Shown here: piece by piece, positions 26,156-38,800 of the stretch
How positions within the stretch are numbered: the stretch's first letter is position 1
How the letters are laid out: every line of letters begins with the position of its first letter
Origin: Macrostomum lignano
Taxonomy: Eukaryota
DNA length: 64,000 nucleotides
NCBI GenBank assembly: GCA_002269645.1
Contig: NIVC01001101.1
Coordinates: 248,001 to 312,000, forward strand
Direction of reading: 5' to 3'
Notes under the pieces: model-generated
What the model saw: only the letters and a program-made list of their open reading frames with translations
The model's database searches: none
Told to the model about the DNA's origin: nothing
Translations under genes and position numbers: made by a program

Positions 26156-27392
26156 AATACAGTAACTCAAATTCTATAATCTCTAAGCTTTAGAGATTTC
26201 TCTAAAACAGATAGAGGGACAGATAGGCTATAGAGAGTTCGTTCTTGTTAACCTTATGATCGAGAGGGCAACATCTAGAGGTCCTTGACCACCTTGACCA
26301 ACACTATCGATTGGTTCGATGGGGTCTCCATTGTAGAGGGGACGGCTGCCCCCTCGCTCTTGCCCCCCTTCCTTATGGCTCCTGACCCCCTTCCAGAGTG
26401 ATCATGCACATTCCCGCTCGTTCGCGCCTCCAAAAAGCAAGCAACACACCATGCACCCCAGAAGCAGGCCAAAAGAATGTTTCAATTATATACGACTTGA
26501 CTTTACTTCGTGCCCTATCCGTCTTGATCTGTTTGCTTTTGGTGCGGGGCTTACAATATTGCTGGTAGACAGTTCATTCTCATTTCTTTGTTGCCGACCT
26601 TGTGCTTGACTTGCTTGGAGGAGGAACAAGGGGAAGCTGATGATGATGATAGCCCACCCCCTCCAAGAGAAGCTGGAAAAACTAATTTTTCCTAGCCAAG
26701 AAACAATTGTGTCACATCCCGCGGGTCTGTCACCAGAGATCGCGTCCTGCGTGTTCCTGTTTGTCTTTTGTCAGGTAAATATAATTGCGTTTCGGGCAGG
26801 TCACTACAGCCAGAGCCAGAGCTAACAGCTGGGAGGCTGGGAGCAACATAGGCTGATAGAGATCGAGCTAAGAGGGCCTGCAAGGGGCTGACAAATCAAT
26901 CATTGAAAGACTGCATGGTTTAGTGAAGGATGCAGAAAATTGTATCCTTCAGCTGAAAGACCAATTCAGCGTGCAAAAGTGGACAAGAGGAAACAGCGCC
27001 AATCCCCAAATTCTGATCCCCGCGGCAGCCACTATAGTGTCACGTATTAGCACGTTCCCTCCCTCGCTTCATACCGTATTGAGCGTGTTCGTTTGCGTTC
27101 AAGTGAATTTAGTTAACACCTGGAAGAGTGGAATTTTCTTTGAGGGGGGCATTTTTGGTCACCCTAAGCTGAGATCTTCCCGATCTACATCACTTTCTCC
27201 AGGTGGCGTATATCGAAGAGATACAGAGGCTTGTCTGACCCTACAAGCATCAGTTGGTACCAACTTAAGTTTTTATAGGGGCCAAGTTGAGGGCTTGTTT
27301 TGTCCTCCAAATTGTCAGTTTATTTGGCACTAAATAAAAAGTTCTTTTCAAAGTTTTTTAGGGCGCTAAATTGAGAGTTTTCGGCCAAAAAA

Positions 27393-28135
27393 TCAATTTG
27401 GCGCCAAATTGACAGTTTCTTGGGAGCCAAACTGAGAATTTGTTTGTAGACAAGTTGAAAGTTTGTTGGGCGCCAAATTTACAGTTTCTTTGGCGCCCAA
27501 TTGGCAGTTTGTTTGGTGCCAAATTGAATGTTTGTTGAGCGTCAAGTCGACAGTTTGTTTGGCGCCAAATTGAGAATTTTTCTGTCGCCAAGTTGACAGT
27601 TTGTTTGGCGCCAAGTTGACAGTTTGTTTGGCGCCAAATTGCGAGAATTTGTTTGGCGCAAAACTGCAAGGGCTTGTTTGGCGTCAAATTGAATGTTTGT
27701 TGAGCGTCAAGTCGACAGTTTTTTTGGCGCCAAATTGAGAATTTTTCTGTCGCCAAGTTGACAGTTTGTTTGGCGCCAAGTTGACAGTTTGTTTGGCGCC
27801 AAATTGCGAGAATTTGTTTGGCGCAAAACTGCAAGGGCTTGTTTGGCGCCAAATTGAATGTTTGTTGAGCGTCAAGTCGACAGTTTGTTTGGCGCCAAAT
27901 TGAGAATTTTTCTGTCGCCAAGTCGACAGTTTGTTTGGCGCCAAATTGAGAATTTTTCTGTCGCCAAGTTGACAGTTTGTTTGGCGCCAAATCAACAGTT
28001 TGTTTGGCGCCAAATCAACAGTTTGTTTGGCGCCAAATTGCGAGAATTTGTTTGGCGCAAAACTGAGGGCTTGTTTGGTGCCAAATTTAAAGTTTGTTGA
28101 GCGTCAAGTCGACAGTTTGTTTGGCGCCGAGTTGA
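27393..28135. repeat. ~23-bp minisatellite with TTTGGCGCCAAA cores and a 165-bp higher-order repeat
   Basis: GAGCGTCAAGTCGAC marker at 27537, 27702 and 27867. Confidence 0.92.
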
Positions 28136-29439
28136 TAGTTGAGGCTTTAAACAAAAGAAGCGCGGAGAGGAGTGGAAGCAATAAGCTGAATCTGAAAGCT
28201 AGGTCACAATGGATCGAAATTAGGCTTGAATTCAATTTAAACCTAGACAAGAGGATCGAATAAATTTCCTGAAAAATGCCCCCACCTTTTGTATTTGCCT
28301 AGTGGCCTCAGATTGGCACCTGTATACAATGTCCTGTGCATTACTTGGCAATAATAACTTAGCTTTAAATTGCTTGGTACTAATGGACACCAAAAAGTTC
28401 TATGCACGCTTGGTGCCAAATACAAATTTTATGGTTACTCTCCCTCTGCCACTCTCCCCTCTGCCACCCTCTCCCCTCTGCTACCACTCTTCCCCTAATG
28501 TTCATCAGAAAAATTCGCCCAATAGTTCATTGCACATTCACCGAATGGCGTCAACACTGGCATTTAATATTAATTCGTAGCAACCCAATTCTTAAAATAG
28601 AACTTCTCACGAAAAACGCTCAGATCCTACTTTTACTAGCTAAGCATGCATTGTTTAACTTTGTATTTTAGTCAGTAATTAAATTGACTGGATAAATGAA
28701 TAGTTTAAAAAATGTAAAAAAAGATAAAAATTTTTACTGCAAAGAGAGGAACTCTAATTTTTAAAATGAAGAAACAAAATTGATAAAAAAAGAATTGTTA
28801 TAATACGTTGTATTCTACGCGGGGAAACGGTTTCATGTAAACCCAAAAACCTAATTTACTATATAGTTAACCCAACCCAGACCGTCCAGACGAAAGGGCG
28901 GGCAGACAAAAATGACCGCGCCCCACACAGCCAGCCATGCCAGCTGTCTAGCTAGCACCAGACACGCCAATCCAAGGGCCAGATGACATTGGCAAATCTA
29001 GTTTATTTTTTGAGAATTAAACTTTAAAAGTTATTTTTGCTTAGATTTTGAGATTAAAAATCAAAGTTTTTGCTGCATTATTCAGCAGCAGTCAATTTAT
29101 TTTCTTCACAAATTAAATTTTTGGTTAGAAATTTTTTTAACCTTAGCTTAGCCTTAGACCTTTTGCCATCTTTATTTTTAGTGCTAGTAAGCTAGATTGA
29201 ATTGGCGTCCTAAGCCTATGGCTATGCTATGCATAATCCATAGATTCTAGAATTCTAGTAAGCAAGAATAATTCTAGAAGCTATAAGATTCGATTGCCAC
29301 CTATTTTCCAAAATCTAGCAATTATTTTCAAGATTACAATCTATATTAAGCAAAAGGCCTTTTATGTTTGATAAAAAGAAGCTTTTAATATAAATAATAA
29401 ATGCTAATAGCTTTAAATATAAAAAAGTATAAAGGATAT

Positions 29440-30124
29440 TAGAGCTGTCACGAGATCTTGACAAGACAAGATTCGAGACAAGATCTCGACATTTTGTCTT
29501 GTCTCGAGAAATCTCTAATTTTGTCAAGAAATTCGAGATGAAATTCAAGAATTTTTCTGATACCTTTTTTCAAAAGCTTTTAAGTGATAAGATATAAAAA
29601 GGGGAGCAAATTTTCATATAAATACAACTGTTTGTTGTAACATGCTTGATAGGGAAATTTTCAAATGGTAAAATCTAGCCAATGTTGAGCAGTTATTTAA
29701 CAAACATTGTTATATACGAGTTTGTATTGCATATGCGCACTTTAAGTTATCATTTCAGTTCTGCAGCAAGGTGTATCATAGCAGACTTGAAAACAATCCA
29801 CACAGGTCTTTTGACGAATCAGTAATAGACATAATAGGGCCAAGGGCCTATATGCTACAAGCATAAATTCTTATGAATAAATAGCAAAGAATTTAAACTA
29901 GAATTAAGAAAGTATTCTGGAAAATCTAAAAAAATATATTTTAGAATTGTATCTTATCAAGAAATTTAAGACAAGATAAGGCAAGATAAGAGCAAGACAA
30001 GATGCAATTCTGAAATATATTTTTTAGATTTACTTTGTCTTGTCTTGTCTCAAAATTCGCAACTTATAAGCCTTTCTCGTCTCAAATCTTGTCTCAAATA
30101 AAATCTCTAATTTTGACAGCTCTA
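29440..30124. mobile_element. Non-autonomous hAT-type DNA transposon (MITE), 685 bp
   Basis: Perfect 11-bp TIR TAGAGCTGTCA (29440-29450) / TGACAGCTCTA (30114-30124). Exact 8-bp TSD AAGGATAT (29432-29439 and 30125-30132). Subterminal GAGAC(G/A)AG motif arrays lie at both ends. An 8-bp TSD is typical of hAT (P elements also make 8-bp TSDs). Confidence 0.9.
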
Positions 30125-30389
30125 AAGGATATATCAAAAGTGTTATCATTTTTATACATTATAAATTATAAAACTAATTCTAAAAGAATAACCAGAGTTG
30201 GCATATGTCAAAGTGCAAATTCTAGTTTTTTATTCTAATTCAATATAAATAAATATAATATACAAAAAATAATAAAGTTCTTAATATAACAGGCTATAAC
30301 TTTATAATGATAATACTATATAGGTAGAACAAAAGTCTTGTCATCAGTTACCTCTTGAAAAGCAAACAGGTAAAAAACATGGAATATTT

Positions 30390-31290
30390 TGTAATGTCTA
30401 TTCGCTGCAATCACATGCTGGCAGTGGTCTTGAGGCAGATTCACTTATTTGTTATTCTTAGAAAGCACTTTTAGAGATGCTCTGCAACATCTATAATAAG
30501 GCATCTTCAACTTCTTGATAGCTATTAAGGTCATGTCCCACAGTACATTCTTCATCAAAGGAATAAAAATGAATCACATAGGTTTAGATCAAGACTATAG
30601 GGGCTCTGCCATATCATAGTGACAGAATGCTCTTGCAGGAAGTCTTAAGAAGAGTTGTGCAACAATATGCAGTTGAGCATTGTCTATTTGCAAGCTAATC
30701 TTGTTCAGTTAGACTGGATTGGAACACAAAGTACGCCACAGGTTTCTAGTTCACTAAAGGTAGCTTACCTTCTGCTTGGTATCCATTGTCTCTTCCTAAA
30801 GCAATATAGGCCTAGTGACTAAGAATTGCTTATTGGCTATGAATGACTATTAGCAGGGACTTCCATTTCATCATGGCATTTGGTTGCATGACCTGCTTCT
30901 AGGGCTTTTCTTTCTCAAACCAAGTCCTATTGTAGTCTGTTCTATGAGCATTCTAGGACACTTATGTTTTATCTTGTACAGTATATAAATTGTACCTTTC
31001 CTCTTTTATCCCTAGCAAAACCTATTGCAATTATGTGGCACAGTTGACTTGCATCTGTCTCTGCTCATCTGTGAGATTGCGGGATACCTACACAGCATAC
31101 TTACTTTAGCTACAAGTCCACTTAAAAGATACAAAGTATTATGTTGTGGTCACTACTCAGCTACTCAGCTAGATTATAAGACAAGAGATGAGGATCCTCA
31201 TAGATCATCTCTTTCACCTTTATCACTAGCTCACCTATCCTTGAGCTCTTGGGCTAGCTAGGTCAATCACCATTGCCAAGCACTTACTGC
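30390..31290 (-). mobile_element. Dead Tc1/mariner (mariner-type DDD) transposase
   Basis: Minus-strand remnants appear in the expected order: HTH (KVKEMIYEDPHLLSYNLAE), *VSRNLTDEQ (WVPxxL, 31090), LQIDNAQLH (DNARPH, 30684), QSPYSLDLNLCDSFLF (PYSPDLAPxDF, 30608), and C-terminal HCQHVIAANRHY. Multiple stops and frameshifts. Confidence 0.85.
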
Positions 31291-32299
31291 ATCCCATCAT
31301 TGACATCCTTCATCTAGCACTATTGGTTCTTAGGGATAGAACAGCATTGCCCTAAGCAGCTTTCAGACCTTGGTGGACTTGTAGCAATTGTTGATGAAGA
31401 TAAAGAGCAAAGGCAGTGGCTCTGTGTTTGCTATATGAACAGAATCACTTAAAGAGTTGAAGTACTTAGGTTACGTTTATTTATAGTACTGAACTGAGTA
31501 TAACTGGAAATTTCTAGAAGTTTCGTTAGTTACAACAAAATTAAATATTTTAAATGCTATTATGCAACACTACCGTACAAATGCATTAATAAATATGACA
31601 ACAATAAATTTTATACCTAATATTAAGCAGTAGAACTAACATTTAATTAAACTAAAGGAAATTTCTGGAATAAACTTTAACTTTGCACTAAAAAAGTAAT
31701 TTCTCGAAAATTCTAATTCTAAAAATAAATCTAGTGTACATGTACCTTCTAAGATTGATACTTTACGCTACAGACTTTGTTACTAGTTGAATCATCAAGC
31801 TTTAGTCAAATAGCCATATAAAACTAAAAATGTGTCTTATTAGGCTCTATGCTTTTACCATACTTTTTCTTAGCTCATTGCATGCCTTATAGACACTCAA
31901 TGATTTTGAGCCTGGCTTTAATTGAGTTTTTCTCGTGGCAAACCAGTTTTTTTAGCAGCTAGTTTGTCTATGGCCATTTTTTATTTATATGAAAAATTAT
32001 GGAATAATAGCTATTTTTAGCAGAGTTATAGTATAAATAACAAAAATTTGTTCCACTCAAAGTAATCTTAAAAACACACATTTTAAAACTTTGAAATGCA
32101 TATTTTTTCAAGTAATTTTTATTCTTTGTTTAATTTTTTCCTTTATTAAAAAATGAGTATGCATTGTAACTTTTTGTAATAAATCCAACAATTCAAACTT
32201 TGGTTAATACTAAAATGGAGTATTTTTATATATACCAACTTTTATAGTTATATAGTTATGATTCTAATTCTGTCAAAGCCCCAGTTTGCATGTTTTGAG

Positions 32300-32800
32300 T
32301 CTTGATTATTATATTTAAGGCCTTAATTCTCATGTTTAGATTCCAAATTCTCATGTTTAGAACCTTGATTCTTATGTTTATCAGAGCCCTGATACTCATG
32401 TTTAGAGCCCTGATTCTCATGTTTAGAGCCTTAGAGCCTAGATTCTCATGTTTAGAGCCCCAATTCTCATGTTTATCAGAGCCCTGATTCTCATGTTTAG
32501 AGCCCCGATTCTCATGTTTATCAAAGCCCTGATTCTCATGTTTAGAGCCCTGATTCTCATGTTTAACAAAGCCTTGATTCTCATGTTTAGAGCCTAGATT
32601 CTCATGTTTATCAGAGCCCTGATTCTCATGGTTAGAGCCCCGATTCTCATGTTTATCAAAGCCTTGATTCTCATGTTTATAGCCTAGATTCTCATGTTTA
32701 TCAAAGCCTTGATTCTCATGTTTAGAGGCTAGAGCCCTGATACTTATGTTTAGAGCTCTGATTCTCATGTCTATAGCTCTGATTCTTATATTTGGAGCCC
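32300..32800. repeat. 21/24-bp minisatellite (GATTCTCATGTTTAGAGCCCT)n
   Basis: About 22 copies of two length variants. Confidence 0.93.
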
Positions 32801-33428
32801 TGATGACATTGTCCAAGTAAACACAAAATAATCAATGAATCTAATATTCACAGCCCTGACATATTTAAAGTACATGTTTAAGAGTAAATGTAACCAATTA
32901 CCAGTACGTATACTTAAAGTAGTTAATAAGAGATGTTATCGATCGTGTACTTGCACATAAATTCTAGTAGCAGCCCGAAAAAGAGTTATTGTAAAATATC
33001 TTCAAGGTAAATTAATCCAGTTAGTTACTAACATTTTGCTTGCATTCCTTTCTAAATGAAGCTTTATTTCTCTTGAATCTGCGTTTGAAACCCTTTTCTG
33101 AGCACTGATACTACAGAAGTACTACACATGCCTGAAAGTCTTTAATTAAGACTTCATTTTCTTTTTTCGTCCACACTCTAGCCTCGTTGGAACAGTTTTG
33201 AGTCTAACAATTACCCAGTTTCCTTCAACTCGAACTCATGTTTGACTGCGTGCATGTGTGCGCGCATGGCTACCAACTCTCTGCCTCCCTCATGTGCTCC
33301 TCTCTCATGGGTGAGTGTGCTTGTGCCTATATAAAGTCTGCTAAAGCTACACTTATTTCCATAACTCAGTTTTCGTTGTTTCATTTTTACTCTCCCGTGA
33401 CCTGTCTATAAATAGAAAATCAAACAAA

Positions 33429-33600
33429 ATGGCTGAAACTATTCGAAAAAAGTTAGAAATACAGATTGACGAATCATTGAAATTGTCAGTTGGGGATTTG
33501 TCAAATTCTGAAGATGAAGAGGAGGAAGAAGACTGCTTGTCATCGTCTGGGCTCACATCGCCCAGCTCGTTTGTGTATTATTATCGTGGCTGCATTTCAG
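33429..33600 (+). CDS. map7: Possible first coding exon of the MAP7-like gene ([12 protein letters not shown]...acidic tract)
   Basis: TATATAAA at 33328; ATG at 33429; donor CAG|GTTGGT in phase 1 matches the 36857 acceptor. Confidence 0.4.
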
Positions 33601-35829
33601 GTTGGTTTGTGATGTTTTAACTCGATACGTTTATTCATTGTATATCTGTGTTCATTGTCACTTTTTTAGACTAAAATTGTTTTGATGCTTCTCTTTTCTT
33701 ACTTCCTTTATCTCATGCCTGCCCTCATTTCACCCCTGTCCTCTCCACTCTCTTTCTCTCCTCTCCTTTCTTCCCCTCCTCTTCCCTCTCCTTTCTCCCT
33801 TCTGTTTTCTCCCCTCTCTTTTCTCCCCTCCTTTCTCCCCTCTCTTCTCCCCTCTCCTTTCTCCCTTCGTTTTCCCCCCCTCTCTTTTCTCCCCTCCTTT
33901 CTCCCTTCTCTTTTCTCCCCTCCTTTCTCCCCTCTTTTCTCCCCTCCTTTCTCCCCTCTCTTCTCCCCTCCTTTCTCCCTTCTTTTCTCCCCTCCTTTCT
34001 CCCTTCTGTTTTCTCCCCTCTCTTTTCTCCCCTTCTTTCTCCCCTCTCTTTTCTCCCCTCCTTTCTCCCCTCTCTTTTCTCCCCTCCTTTCTCCCCTCTC
34101 TTTTCTCCCCTCCTTTCTCCCCTCTTCTCCCCTCCTGTCTCCCCTCTCTTTTCTCCCCTTCTTTCTCCCCTCTCTTTTCTCCCCTTCTTTCTCCCTTCTC
34201 TTTTCTCCCCTCCTTTCTCCCCTCTCTTCTCCCCTCCTTTCTCCCTTCTCTTTTCTCCCCTCCTTTCTCCCCTCTCTTCTCCGCTCTCCTTTCTCCCATC
34301 TCTTCTCCCCTCTCCTTTCTCCCCTCTCTTCTCCGCTCTCCTTTCTCCCATCTCTTCTCCCCTCTCCTTTCTCCCATCTCTTCTCCCCTCTCCTTTCTCC
34401 CATCTCCTTTGTCCCCTCTCCTTCCTCCCCTCTCCTTTCTCCCCTCTCCGTTCTTCCCTCCTCTCTTCCTGTCTCACTCATTTCTCCCCTCATTTCTCTT
34501 CTCCCCTCTCTCTTTCGTTTCTCCCCTCTCATCTGTACTCTCTCCTTTTCCTCATCTCTTGTCCCCCTCTCATTTCTACTCTCCTCCCTTTTCTCCTCTC
34601 TCCCTCGTTTCCTCTTCTCTCTTTCCTCTCTACTTGCTTTCTTGCCTCTCGTCTCTCCTCTCTCCCTTCTCCTTATCTCTTCTCTTTCCCGTCCTCTCTA
34701 CGTCCTCTCCTCTCCTCCCGTTTCTCATATCTCCTTTTTATCGCTTTCTTATCTGTACTTTGCTTTCAGTTTTTTACGTTATTCTAATTTTCCCTCCGCC
34801 TGTAATCTCATAACTCATCACTCTCATCTTGAAGGCAATTCCAATCCAATCTACGAAAAATATCGAGTTGAAAATGTACGAGGATTAATACAGATTGACA
34901 GTTGATATGAAGTTGAGCTTGAGCACGCCATAATGCCATTTGATAATTAATCCCTAGCTGCTGCGAATCATGTGCATTTGGCTCTGTAATTAGAGCCTAT
35001 TATTATGAGACTATTCCATACAGACAATGCCAGCCTGAATTAAATGGCATTGGATACTGAAGTAGATTGATTTTTTTCTGTTATCCATCTGCCTTTCTTG
35101 TCGTCTTTCGTTTCTCTGAAGTCGTATCTGTCCATGGACTCTTTGTAGCATTCTCTGGACTGGAAGCGAACAGGGAAATCCAGGGACTCCTAGCTGGAGC
35201 TCTGAACTAGAAACGGCAAGCAGGAAAAACCAGGGACTCCTAGAAGTCTCTAGATTAGAAAGGATGTAAGAAAGACAGAGACTTCAAAAGAGTCGATGAT
35301 GCTTTTGTGTATTATATTACATGTTTATGGCTTCTTGCTGGCTCTGACTTACTAATAATGTACCCTTGGTAACTAAATGGGCGTTGTCTGTTATTCTATT
35401 GATTTTGTGCATCTCTTTGCCTCTGCATAAAAATAGGACAGTAGCTAGGGTCTGTGCTCTGTACTCTTCTAAAATAAGTTCTTTATTACAACCAACCAAA
35501 CTCCACGTTGAATGGCAGTTTCCATCGCCCCAGCAGCTCTGTATTTTCGTCACCTGCCTCTCTTCCCCGTTGCACGTGTCCATCATGTGATTTTCTTCCT
35601 GTCCAAACTGTCTGCACTGCTGTTACCTATGTCTGGAATGGGTTGCCATGGCAACGCCTTACGGGATGGGGGGGGTGACGGAGCTGTGGCATTTGGGCTG
35701 ATATACTGGGGCCAGTTTCCAGATTCTTGAGTCTTTTCTCTCTACCCCTTCATTAATCCCCAGTGCCCGATACTCTCAGGGGATTTGAGCTGAGAACGGT
35801 TCATTAGCGCGAAACCGTGTGCTCAAGGG

Positions 35830-35863
<34 letters not shown>

Positions 35864-38800
35864 CAGAAAAGGGACTGAGCTGACAGACAGAACGTCACTG
35901 CACAGGTAGACTTCTCGCCTCTAAGCTTAACCACGTATTAAAATCCTCTCCCTTGCTCAGAACCTCATTGGTCAGCTCTGTACTGACAGACTCAGCTCTG
36001 GCTTATTCTAACCCTTATAGAGCATAAAAATCTATTATTCCCATATATGTTCCTGACGAAATAATCCCCAATTGAATCTCAGTTATAGGCAAATCTCTGT
36101 AAGCTTTATTATATAGATATGTTCAATCTCTTCAAGTCTTAATGGTTGTTCAACTGCAGTCTACTGAGATTAAACTAAGAGGTGAATTTTTTTCTATTAC
36201 TTTTTGCACTACTTTTGTTAGGTCTGTCTGTTTACATTAATAGCAATGTTTTTTTCATGTAGCATTTTATTTTATTTGTACAAGCTTGCTGCCTGCAACT
36301 TGGTTAGGTTCGGACACCCTAATCTGCCATCATCCCAGATCCTCGGTTGCTGGGCCAGCCTCCCCGATCATCAGTTGCTGGGCCAGTCTCCCGATCATCA
36401 GTTGCTGGGCCACCAGTCTCCCAGATCCTCGGTTGCTGGGCCAGCCTCTCAAATCCTGAGTTGCTGGGCCACCAGCCTCCCAGATCCTCAGTTGCTGGGC
36501 CACCAGCCTCCCAGATCCTCAGTTGCTGGGCCACCAGCCTCCCAGATCCTCAGTTGCTGGGCCACCAGCCTCCCAGATCCTCAGTTGCTGGGCCACCAGC
36601 CTCCCAGATCCTCAGTTGCTGGGCCACCAGCCTCCCAGATCCTCAGTTGCTGGGCCACCAGCCTCCCAGATCCTCAGTTGCTGGGCCACCAGCCTTCCAG
36701 ATCCTCAGTTGCTGGGCCACCAGCCTCCCAGATCCTCAGTTGCTGGGCCACCAGCCTTCCAGATCCTCAGTTTGTTCTTCATCTAAAACTGTCAATATTT
36801 AGAAAAATCCATAAGTGCAGTGCATTAATCTGTGTGAAACGCTGAATATTTTGCAGCGATACCAGAAGAGCTGGCACAAGGCATGGCAGCAATGGACGCA
36901 GATGAAGGCTCAGCACCCGACGGACTGGCAGAGGACTCAACTGTGGATGTCGAACATGATGGAGGCGACGCAGCCATTGCTCGTGAGTCGCTTTTGTCTA
37001 TGGCAGTGAGCCAATATTGAGCAACCATTTTGGATAGCAAAGATGCAGTTAAGAGAAGTAAGGGAAGATTTTTTTGATTCAGACGTCAATCAACTTCACT
37101 TCCTGTCTGCCTCCGGCTGATTTCCTATCACACTATCGAGCAGAGTTATAGAATCATTGCTAATTGCGCACTGGAACCACTTCATTCACCCTCTCTAACC
37201 CGCAAAAAATAAACTCGCATTTTAGCTGAAGAAAATTCACTTCCGTCACTGTATTATTATTGACTTCCTGCTTGCAGAGTTTTCTTGCCCAACTATTAAT
37301 GCATGAAAACTGATTCTATTCTATTTCGTGCAACTTTTAGCTGCTGAGGAGACTTGAGAATGCTCAAAAAACTGTTTAAATCAAAATCTTAGCTCAGGTA
37401 GGCTGCTGAGATTTTTAGGCTGATTGTCGTGAAGTAACTTCTAGACACTTTGATTGTGGACGGGAGATCCGGTTTTAAGAAACTTGCAACACTAAATAAT
37501 AAACTCGAACAACGTAAATATAAAACTCGGACACCTTAAACTCGGACACCTTAAACTCGGACACCTTAAACTCGGACACCTTAAACTTGGACACCTTAAA
37601 ACTCAGAAATCCCAAATTATACCTGGACACCTTAAATAACACTCGGACACCTTAAATAACATTCGGACACCTTAAATAAAACTCGGACACCTTAAATAAA
37701 CTCGGACACCCTATATAACACTCGGACACCCTATATAACACTCGGACACCCTAAATAACACTCAGACACCCTAAATAGCACTCGGATACCGTATCTAACA
37801 TTCGGACAACCTAAATAACACTCGGACACCCTAAGTAACACTCGGACAACCTAAATAACACTCGGACACCCTAAATAACACTTGTACACCCTAAATAACA
37901 CTCGGACACCCTAAGTAACACTCGGACACCCTAAGTAACACTCGGACAACCTAAATAACACTCGGACACCCTAAATAACACTTGTACACCCTAAATAACA
38001 CTCGGACACCCTAAGTAACACTCGGACACGCTAAATGACACTCGGACACCCTAAATAATACTCGGACACCCTAAATAACACTCGGGCACCGTAACTAACA
38101 TTCGGACATCCTAACTAATACTCGGACACCCTAAATAACACTCGGACACCGTAACTAACATTCGGAAATCCTAACTAATACTCGGACACCCTAAACCACA
38201 TTATGACACTTCAAGTAAGACGCCATAAAAACTCGTACACCACAGAATCAATCAAGAACAACAGAAAAAATCAGAATCCTGCTGTGCTCAGAACTGTGCT
38301 CAGAATCCTTCAGTTATCGAGTGCTGTTTTTTTATACTGGGTTCTAAATAAATAAATAAATAGTGAGTTACGGCGAAGATTTATGAGAGAGAGAAAGGGA
38401 CAGCAGAGGAAATGGACTTAGTGCTAGTCGTAAGTCACCAGTCCTAGCTGGTATCTGATAGCCTACTATTCTCCTGTTCTTAAGCCTGTCATTAGCTTCA
38501 TCTTGATAGATGAGACTTCTATAGGCCTGCTCGCTGTGTGGGCTGCTGGCTCTGTCTCCGGCTTGGGGCGCCTCTGCATACTCTCGTCTCTATATACCTC
38601 CTCCCTCACTACCTCTCCCTCTGCTCTCCCCCTCTGCTCTCTCCCTCCCTCTGCTCTCTCCCTCCATCTGCTCTCTCCCTCCCTCTCTGCTCTCTCCCTC
38701 CCTCTCTGCTCTCTTCTACCTCTCCCTCTCCCTCTCTCCCTCCCCTCTCCCTCTCCCTCTCCCTCTCCCTCTCCCTCTCCCTCTTCCCCTCTCCCTCTCC

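Noticed and set aside
26890-27060. IIERLHGLVK as an integrase or transposase remnant
   Set aside because: A single short motif with no other catalytic motifs nearby.
27143-28283. GGGGGCATTTTT / AAAAATGCCCCC inverted repeat as TIRs around the 27.4-28.1 kb array
   Set aside because: Only about 12 bp, low complexity, and no target-site duplication.
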